From positions 32,001 through 96,000 of the forward strand of contig CAZSKP010000009.1 in NCBI GenBank assembly GCA_964607485.1: a stretch of 64,000 nt of DNA. Reading direction: 5' to 3'. How positions within the stretch are numbered: position 1 is the first letter of the stretch; every line of letters begins with the position of its first letter. Origin of the DNA: an uncultured bacterium. Lineage in GTDB: Bacteria; Abyssobacteria; SURF-5. Made by a program: the position numbers and the translations under genes. Positions 57,040 through 64,000 of this stretch are shown here, in pieces. Below the pieces are notes generated by a model. That model made no database searches and was not told the DNA's origin. It saw only the letters and a program-made list of their open reading frames with translations.

Positions 57040-58197
57040 ATGAAAAAGGGGGTTACAATCCTTGGCGCAACCGGTTCCGTCGGCAGAAACGCCCTCGCGG
57101 TGATCGATTCGCTCTCCGAGCAGTTCGAGGTTGTCGGGCTGACTGCCCGCTCAAACGCGCCCTTGCTTCGGGAGCTCATCGAGCGGTTTCGCCCGCGCTA
57201 TGCGGCACTGGTAGACGAGGAAAAGGCGGCGGCCCTCAGGTCGAGCTGTCCCAAGGACACTCAGGTGCTCGGCGGACTCGAAGGCGTGCTCACCGTGGCG
57301 GCGGCGCCCGAGGCGCAGATTGTCCTTTCGGCAATCGTCGGCGCTGCGGGGCTTCGGCCGGTGCTGGCGGCCATCCGGCAAGGGAAAACCATCGCGCTCG
57401 CCAACAAGGAGCCGCTGGTGATGGCGGGCGCCATCATCACATCGCTCGCCGACGAGTTCAACGCCCCTTTGATACCGGTGGACAGCGAGCACAGCGCCAT
57501 ATTCCAATGTCTGTGCGGAAACAGAAATCAGAAGATTCACAAGATAGTCCTCACCGCTTCGGGCGGGCCGTTTTACGGCATGAGCATCGATGCGCTCGAA
57601 AACGTGACGCCGGAACAGGCGCTCGAACACCCGACGTGGAGCATGGGCGCGAAGATAAGCGTGGACTCCGCCACGTTGATGAACAAGGGTTTGGAAGTCA
57701 TCGAAGCGCACTGGCTGTTCGGAGTTGACGTCGAAAACATCGAGGTCGTCATCCATCCCGGCAGCGTGGTTCATTCGATGGTCGAATTCATAGACGGCTC
57801 GATAATCGCTCAACTGGGCCGGAGCGACATGAGGCTGCCCATTCAGTACGCCCTCACCTATCCGGACCGGATGGAATGCAAGATGGAACGACTCAACATA
57901 ACCGAAGTTTCGCCCATCGAGTTCTTCCCGCCGTCGCTCGAAAAGTTCCCGTGTCTCAGGCTTGCCTACGAGGCGGCGAAGATGGGAGGCACGATGCCGG
58001 CCGTCCTGAACGCGGCCAACGAGGTGGCGGTGGATGAGTTTCTTAAGCGCAGGCTGCGCTTTTGCGACATACCGGCCGTCATAGAGCACGTGATGAGCGA
58101 GCATCTGCCCGTGTCCGAGCCCGCTCTGGACGACATCCTGGCCGCGGATGGGTGGGCGCGCGAAAGCGCGAAGGCCTGCCAAAGGAGTTATCAGTGA
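57040..58197 (+). CDS. dxr: 1-deoxy-D-xylulose 5-phosphate reductoisomerase
   Basis: LGATGSVG, LANKE, PVDSEH, TASGGPF, HPTWSMG.KISVDSATLMNKGLE, NAANE. Confidence 0.97.
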   Translation: MKKGVTILGATGSVGRNALAVIDSLSEQFEVVGLTARSNAPLLRELIERFRPRYAALVDEEKAAALRSSCPKDTQVLGGLEGVLTVAAAPEAQIVLSAIVGAAGLRPVLAAIRQGKTIALANKEPLVMAGAIITSLADEFNAPLIPVDSEHSAIFQCLCGNRNQKIHKIVLTASGGPFYGMSIDALENVTPEQALEHPTWSMGAKISVDSATLMNKGLEVIEAHWLFGVDVENIEVVIHPGSVVHSMVEFIDGSIIAQLGRSDMRLPIQYALTYPDRMECKMERLNITEVSPIEFFPPSLEKFPCLRLAYEAAKMGGTMPAVLNAANEVAVDEFLKRRLRFCDIPAVIEHVMSEHLPVSEPALDDILAADGWARESAKACQRSYQ

Positions 58198-59846
58198 CAC
58201 ACGCTTCAGCCGCGTTTGAGTTCATGATCGGCCTCGGCCGCCTGTTGATTTTGCTCGGCGTGCTCGTGTTCGTTCACGAACTCGGCCACTTCCTGGCCGC
58301 CAAGCTGTGCAACGTGTACGTCGTGAGGCTTTCGCTCGGGTTCGGCAGGAGACTGTTCGGTTTCAAGAGGGGAGAGACCGACTACTGCATCTCGGCCATC
58401 CCGCTGGGAGGCTACGTGAAGATGGTGGGCCAGGAGGACATGCCGAGGAGCGCCGAGGAAACGGAACAGGCCGAGCCGGACCTGCCCGACATCCCTCCGG
58501 AAAGACGCTTCGACACCCAGCCGACTCGGAACAAGCTGGCCATCAGCTTCGCCGGCCCGCTCATGAACCTGCTGTTCGCCGTTCCCGTCCTGTGGGTGGT
58601 CTTCATGATTGGCATCCACGTGCCCATATTCGGCCAGTACACACGCATCGGCGCGGTCACCGAAGGCTCGCCGGCTGAACGGGCGGGCATCAAGGCCGGC
58701 CAGCGCGTGGTTTCGATTAACGGCGTCCCGGTCAGCAAATGGGAACAGGTCCAACTGAAGGTATTGACCAATGAAGGTAAGCCGCTCGAGCTGGAACTGG
58801 AAGACTTCTCGGGCGAGATAACCCATGCGACTGTCACGCCTACACGCATGGACGATTCGACGAGGGCATCGATCGGCATCGAACCCTTCGTTACCGTGGC
58901 CATAAGGAACGTCGTGCCCGGCATGCCTGCCGCACGGAGCGGCCTCAAGCCGGGCGACGTCGTCCTCACCTATGATCATCAGACGCCGGATAACGAAAGC
59001 ATGAGCTTGAGCAAGCTCATCGGGAAGGTGAACGAAAGCGCCGGCAAGCCGCTTGTGCTGACGGTTCTCAGGGACGGCCGAACGCTCGATGCGACGGTTG
59101 TCCCCGAAAGCGTGAGCGTGATAGACGGCGTGGAATTCAACAACAATGTCGTTGCATATGTGGAGAAAGACGAAGCCGGTCCGGCGGCCTCGCTCCTGAA
59201 GCCGGAAGATGTCGTCACCGCAATCAACGGCGAACCGTTGCGAGAACACACCGCGGATTCGCTCACCAGAAGACTATTCAAGGATAAGGCCGACACGGTC
59301 GCGCTTACAGTCGAGAGGGATGTCGGATTCTTCCACGAGCTGGAGAGACTGAACGTCACCGTTCCGCTGACCCGGAAGGGCATGATCGGCGTCGCCTTCT
59401 CTCCGCTCGTGACGGAGAAGTTCGGGCCTGGCAGGGCGTTCATTAAGGGTCTGGGCGCGTTCGGCGATTCCTTCATGCTCGTACTGAAGACGATCTATTA
59501 TCTCGCCTCGGGGAAAGTAAGCACGAGGGAAATGGCGGGTCCCATAGGCATTGGCGTCCTGACCGAGCAAACCCTGAAACTGGGAATCGGCTACTACCTC
59601 AACTTCGTGGCGTTCATCACGATAAACCTTGCGATACTGAACCTGCTGCCCATACCCATATTGGACGGCGGGCTGATTCTCATTACGCTCATCGAGCTGG
59701 TGCGCCGCCGGCCGCTCGACGAGAAGTACGTCATCCTGCTCCAAAAGGTTGGGCTTGCCTTCATTTTGTTGCTGGTGCTGGTTGCCACTTATAACGACAT
59801 ACTCAGAGCCATCAAGTACTTCCTAGGTGGCGAATTCATAGAATAA
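58194..59846 (+). CDS. rseP: RseP site-2 intramembrane zinc metalloprotease with PDZ domains
   Basis: HELGH, PLGGYVKM, AGPLMN, NLLPIPILDGG; GTGA overlap with dxr stop, AAGGAG SD. Confidence 0.94.
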   Translation: MTHASAAFEFMIGLGRLLILLGVLVFVHELGHFLAAKLCNVYVVRLSLGFGRRLFGFKRGETDYCISAIPLGGYVKMVGQEDMPRSAEETEQAEPDLPDIPPERRFDTQPTRNKLAISFAGPLMNLLFAVPVLWVVFMIGIHVPIFGQYTRIGAVTEGSPAERAGIKAGQRVVSINGVPVSKWEQVQLKVLTNEGKPLELELEDFSGEITHATVTPTRMDDSTRASIGIEPFVTVAIRNVVPGMPAARSGLKPGDVVLTYDHQTPDNESMSLSKLIGKVNESAGKPLVLTVLRDGRTLDATVVPESVSVIDGVEFNNNVVAYVEKDEAGPAASLLKPEDVVTAINGEPLREHTADSLTRRLFKDKADTVALTVERDVGFFHELERLNVTVPLTRKGMIGVAFSPLVTEKFGPGRAFIKGLGAFGDSFMLVLKTIYYLASGKVSTREMAGPIGIGVLTEQTLKLGIGYYLNFVAFITINLAILNLLPIPILDGGLILITLIELVRRRPLDEKYVILLQKVGLAFILLLVLVATYNDILRAIKYFLGGEFIE

Positions 59847-59879
59847 CCGGTTCGACCTCATTCCCCGGATGCGAGAAAA

Positions 59880-60965
59880 ATGAAGCGAAGAAGAACGCGA
59901 ACGGTTTACCTCGGCAACGTGCCCGTCGGCAGCGGTCATCCTATCTCGATTCAATCGATGACCAAAACCGACACGCGCGATGCCGTCGCGACCGTCAACC
60001 AGATAAGAAGGCTCGAACAGGTGGGATGCGAAATCGTGCGAGTCGCCGTGCCCGACCTAGAGGCGGCCGACGCCCTGAAGGTTATCAAGAGCCGCATCTC
60101 GATCCCTCTCGTGGCCGACGTGCATTTCAACTATCGGCTCGCGCTCAAGGCGATGGAGCATGGGGCCGACGGCCTGCGCATCAATCCCGGCAACATAGGC
60201 GCGCGCGCGAACGTCGAGAAGGTCGTCAGGGCCGCCGCCGCGTCGAACGTGCCCATCAGGATCGGCGTCAACTCGGGCTCAATCGAAAAAGAGTTCCGAA
60301 AGCTCGTCAAGGGAGAGGGCAGGCAACTGATCGAAACGACCGCGCAGGCGATGGCGCAGAGCGCGCTCAAACACATCGCGATACTCGAAAAGATGAAGTT
60401 CCACGACATAAAGGTTTCGCTCAAGGCGTCCGACGTGCCCACGACCCTGCTCGCCCACAAGCTTCTCGCGCGCGAATGCGATTACCCGTTCCACATCGGA
60501 ATTACCGAGGCGGGCACGCTGCTGACCGGCGCGGTCAAGTCGGCCATCGGCATCGCCCTGCTGCTCTCGAAAGGCTACGGCGACACCGTGCGCGTCTCCC
60601 TCAGCGCTCCGCCCGAGCGCGAGGTGATGGTGGCGCGCACCATCCTCCGCTCGCTCGGCCTGCGCGAGCGGGGGGCGGAGGTCATAAGCTGTCCCACCTG
60701 CGGACGCTGCACCATAGACGTCGAGGGCATCGCGTCCGAGCTCGAGCAACGGCTCTCGGACGTCGAGGCCGCCATCAGCGTGGCCGTCATGGGATGCGCC
60801 GTCAACGGGCCCGGCGAGGCGGCGCGGGCGGATTACGGCGTCGCGGGCGGACGCGGCAAGGGCGTCATCTTCCGTCACGGAAAGATAGTGTGCAGGAATA
60901 TCGAAGAATCGAATATAATAGAAACTCTTATCGCTCACATAGCTGAACTGAGGGAACCCGATTGA
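59880..60965 (+). CDS. ispG: HMBPP synthase
   Basis: IQSMT, ADVHF, RINPGN, RIGVNSGS, CPTCGR, MGCAVNGPGE. Confidence 0.97.
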   Translation: MKRRRTRTVYLGNVPVGSGHPISIQSMTKTDTRDAVATVNQIRRLEQVGCEIVRVAVPDLEAADALKVIKSRISIPLVADVHFNYRLALKAMEHGADGLRINPGNIGARANVEKVVRAAAASNVPIRIGVNSGSIEKEFRKLVKGEGRQLIETTAQAMAQSALKHIAILEKMKFHDIKVSLKASDVPTTLLAHKLLARECDYPFHIGITEAGTLLTGAVKSAIGIALLLSKGYGDTVRVSLSAPPEREVMVARTILRSLGLRERGAEVISCPTCGRCTIDVEGIASELEQRLSDVEAAISVAVMGCAVNGPGEAARADYGVAGGRGKGVIFRHGKIVCRNIEESNIIETLIAHIAELREPD

Positions 60966-62680
60966 TGCGCTGGAGCAAGGCTTACATTCCCACGACCAAA
61001 GAAGACCCCGCCGAGGCGGAGACCGTCAGCCACAAACTGATGCTCCGAAGCGGCATGATAAAGAAGGTGGGCTCGGGCATCTATACGCTCCTCCCGCTCG
61101 GCCTCATCGTGACGCGCAAGGTCGAACAGATCGTCCGCGAGGAAATGAACCGCATCGGAGCGCTCGAGCTGTTCATGCCCGTGCTCAGCCCCGCCGAGCT
61201 GTGGAAGGAAACCGGCCGCTGGAACGTTTACGGCGACGAGCTGATGCGGCTGAAGGACCGCCACAGCCGCGATTTCGTGCTCGGCCCGACACACGAAGAG
61301 GTCATCACCGACCTCGTGCGGGGCCGCGTGCGTTCGTATCGGCAGCTTCCGCTCACGCTCTATCAAATCCAGACGAAGTTCCGCGACGAGATCCGCCCGC
61401 GCTTCGGCGTGGTGCGCGGCCGCGAATTCATCATGAAGGACGCCTACAGCTTCAACCGGGACGAACAGTGCCTGGACAAAACGTACCGGGACATGTACGG
61501 AGCGTACGAGGCGGTCTTCCGCAGGTGCGGCCTGCGGTTCAGGCCGGTGCTGGCCGATTCGGGCGCCATCGGAGGAGACCTCACGCACGAGTTCATGGTG
61601 CTCGCCGACACCGGAGAGTCGCGCGTGATAAGCTGCCCGAGCGACGAATGCGCATACGCCGCCACCGACGAGACGGCGGAATCGATCATAGAAAATTCCG
61701 CTTCCGACGACAAACACCTCCCCCTCTCGGAAGTGCACACGCCCAACATGAAGACCGTCGAGGAAGTGTGCTCGTTCCTCAAGACCGACCCCCGAAGGCT
61801 GGTCAAGACCATCCTCTACAAGGCCGACGGCGAGGTCGCCGGGGCGCTTATCCGTGGCGACCGCGAGATAAGCGAGCCCAAGCTGCGCCGCGCACTGGGG
61901 GTCGATGTGCTGACGATGGCCGATGCGGATACGGTGCGCGGGCTCACGGGCGCGGAGGTCGGTTTCGCCGGACCGGTCGGCCTGAAGGATGTGAAGCTGA
62001 TAGCCGACCGGACCGTCACGAAGATGGCAAACTTCATCACCGGCGCAAACAGGACCGACTACCATCTGACCAACGTCAACTGCAACCGTGATTTCTCGCC
62101 CCAGCTCGTCGATGACATAACGGTCGCCGCCTCGGGCGACAAATGCATCCGCTGCGGCCGCACGCTGACCGAGTATCGCGGCATTGAGGTGGGCCAGGTG
62201 TTCAAGCTGGGAAAGAAATACAGCATCGCAATGAACGCCACGTTCAACGACGAGAACGGCGCGGAGGTGCCGTTCACGATGGGCTGCTACGGAATCGGAA
62301 TCACCCGCACCGTCGCGGCGGCCATCGAGCAGAACCACGATGAGAACGGAATAATATGGCCGCCGTCCATCGCGCCGTACCAGGTGCTCATCACGCCCGT
62401 TGCGGTCGGAGACGAGGCAATAATGTCGGCCGCCGAGCGCATCTACTCGGAGCTCTGCGAAAAGGGCGTCGAAGTTCTACTGGACGACCGCGACGAGAGA
62501 CCAGGCGTGAAGTTCAAGGACGCCGACCTCGTCGGCATCCCGCTCCGCGTCACCGTCGGCTCGCGCGGCCTCAAGCAGGGGAAGGTCGAAATCCGCATAC
62601 GCCGCACCGGCGAAGACCGCGATACGCCGCTCGCAGACGCGGTGGAGAACATCATAAAATTGTTAAGCGAGGTCAATTGA
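60965..62680 (+). CDS. proS: Proline--tRNA ligase (bacterial type with editing insertion)
   Basis: [45 protein letters not shown]. Confidence 0.97.
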   Translation: MRWSKAYIPTTKEDPAEAETVSHKLMLRSGMIKKVGSGIYTLLPLGLIVTRKVEQIVREEMNRIGALELFMPVLSPAELWKETGRWNVYGDELMRLKDRHSRDFVLGPTHEEVITDLVRGRVRSYRQLPLTLYQIQTKFRDEIRPRFGVVRGREFIMKDAYSFNRDEQCLDKTYRDMYGAYEAVFRRCGLRFRPVLADSGAIGGDLTHEFMVLADTGESRVISCPSDECAYAATDETAESIIENSASDDKHLPLSEVHTPNMKTVEEVCSFLKTDPRRLVKTILYKADGEVAGALIRGDREISEPKLRRALGVDVLTMADADTVRGLTGAEVGFAGPVGLKDVKLIADRTVTKMANFITGANRTDYHLTNVNCNRDFSPQLVDDITVAASGDKCIRCGRTLTEYRGIEVGQVFKLGKKYSIAMNATFNDENGAEVPFTMGCYGIGITRTVAAAIEQNHDENGIIWPPSIAPYQVLITPVAVGDEAIMSAAERIYSELCEKGVEVLLDDRDERPGVKFKDADLVGIPLRVTVGSRGLKQGKVEIRIRRTGEDRDTPLADAVENIIKLLSEVN

Positions 62681-64000
62681 TGCAGAAGACGATTCCAAAA
62701 GTGTATGACCCCCATGCGGTCGAAGAGAAATGGTACCGGCGCTGGGTCGACAGGGGTCTCTTCCACTCCGAGCCCGACCCGAAAAGGAACCCCTATTGCA
62801 TCGTCATCCCTCCGCCGAACGTGACCGCCGAACTGCACATGGGGCACGCATATAACAATACCATCCAGGACATCTTCATACGGTACCATCGGATGCGCGG
62901 CGACGAAACCATGTGGATGCCCGGCACCGACCACGCCGGCATCGCGACGCAGAACGTCGTCGAGCGCAGCTTGGCGAAGGAGGAAGGGCTGACGCGGCAC
63001 GACCTAGGCCGGGAGGAATTCGTCGAGCGCGTGTGGCGGTGGCGTGAGAAATACGGCTCGACCATCATCTCCCAGCTCAAGCGCCTCGGCTGCTCATGCG
63101 ACTGGGACCGCGAGCGATTCACAATGGACGAGGGCCTGTCGAAGGCCGTCATCGAGGTGTTCGTGAGGCTGTACGAGAAGGGATTGGTCTATCGGGGCAC
63201 GTACATAATCAACTGGTGTCCTCGCTGCCACACCGCTCTCAGCGACGAGGAGGCACTCCACCAGGAGCATGAGGGAAGCTTGTGGCACGTCCGGTATCCC
63301 ATAAAGGGCGGCGACGGGTTCGTCGTCGTCGCGACCACCCGGCCGGAGACGATGCTCGGCGACACGGCTGTGGCCGTTAACCCGGCCGACGAGCGCCATC
63401 GCGGACTTGTGGGCAAGGCCGCCGTCCTGCCGGTCATAGGCCGCGAGCTGCCGATAATCGCGGACGAGTACGTGGACCCGTCATTCGGGACGGGAGTGGT
63501 CAAGGTCACGCCGGCGCACGACCCGAACGACTACCTTATCGGACAGAGGCACAATCTTCCGTCCGTCAACATACTCAACGAGGACGCCACCCTGAACGAA
63601 AATGCCGGCCCGTACAAAGGCTACGACAGGTTCAAGTGCCGCGAGGAGTTGGTGGAACAGCTCAAGGCGGAGGGGCTGCTCGAAAAAGTCGAGCGGCACA
63701 CTCACGCCGTTGCGCACTGCCAGCGGTGCGACACGATTCTGGAGCCCTTCCTGTCCGAGCAGTGGTTCGTAAAGACCAAGCCGCTCGCCGAACCTGCGCT
63801 CAAGGCGGTCACGGACGGCCGCATCAAGTTCTACCCCGAGAAATGGACGAAGGTGTACGTGGGCTGGATGGAAAACATCCGCGACTGGTGCATCTCGCGC
63901 CAGTTGTGGTGGGGGCATCGCATACCCGTCTATTACTGCGACCAGTGCGGCCACATGATGGTCAGGCGCGACGCGCCGGAAGAGTGCGAGAAGTGTTCGT
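62680..64000 (+). CDS. valS: Valine--tRNA ligase, 5' part (runs off window; absent from ORF track)
   Basis: Manual translation [11 protein letters not shown]...[14 protein letters not shown]...[10 protein letters not shown]...TTRPET...[20 protein letters not shown] overlap with proS. Confidence 0.96.
   Translation, partial: MQKTIPKVYDPHAVEEKWYRRWVDRGLFHSEPDPKRNPYCIVIPPPNVTAELHMGHAYNNTIQDIFIRYHRMRGDETMWMPGTDHAGIATQNVVERSLAKEEGLTRHDLGREEFVERVWRWREKYGSTIISQLKRLGCSCDWDRERFTMDEGLSKAVIEVFVRLYEKGLVYRGTYIINWCPRCHTALSDEEALHQEHEGSLWHVRYPIKGGDGFVVVATTRPETMLGDTAVAVNPADERHRGLVGKAAVLPVIGRELPIIADEYVDPSFGTGVVKVTPAHDPNDYLIGQRHNLPSVNILNEDATLNENAGPYKGYDRFKCREELVEQLKAEGLLEKVERHTHAVAHCQRCDTILEPFLSEQWFVKTKPLAEPALKAVTDGRIKFYPEKWTKVYVGWMENIRDWCISRQLWWGHRIPVYYCDQCGHMMVRRDAPEECEKCS

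Overview
Gene-dense, GC-rich (roughly 60% by eye) bacterial chromosomal window; gene content (AOR, corrinoid protein, ferredoxin, iron-sulfur flavoprotein) suggests an anaerobe, but the taxon cannot be fixed from sequence alone. Left: a tightly coupled minus-strand run tktN-tktC-ftsE-(ftsX::envC fusion)-ctpA-rph(frameshifted)-rdgB-tsaC-rpiB, then a four-gene two-component cluster with a sigma54 activator, an AOR/MoaD/FHA unit and a TetR-led catabolic cluster (ald, SCP2, R-selective-type class IV transaminase, M24 peptidase, flavoprotein, fused E1 alpha/beta, E2). Centre (29.7-32.6 kb), the main finding: an ArsR-led operon encoding a class I SAM-dependent methyltransferase fused in frame to an HgcA-type corrinoid membrane protein (cap helix NVWCSAGK), a separate HgcB-type 2x[4Fe-4S] ferredoxin (CMECGAC, C-terminal CC) that the ORF track hides inside a longer ORF, and a molybdopterin sulfite-oxidase-like gene. 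A 216-bp element with 29-bp inverted repeats around a RAYT transposase remnant follows. Right: a LarA-family operon, transporters, catabolic enzymes, a glucuronokinase-like/galU pair, a predicted sigma54-driven 44-aa ORF, and the housekeeping run dxr-rseP-ispG-proS-valS (truncated by the window end). No rRNA, tRNA or CRISPR array was recognised. Start codons were refined by eye from SD motifs and stop/start overlaps; product calls rest on remembered motifs, not database searches.
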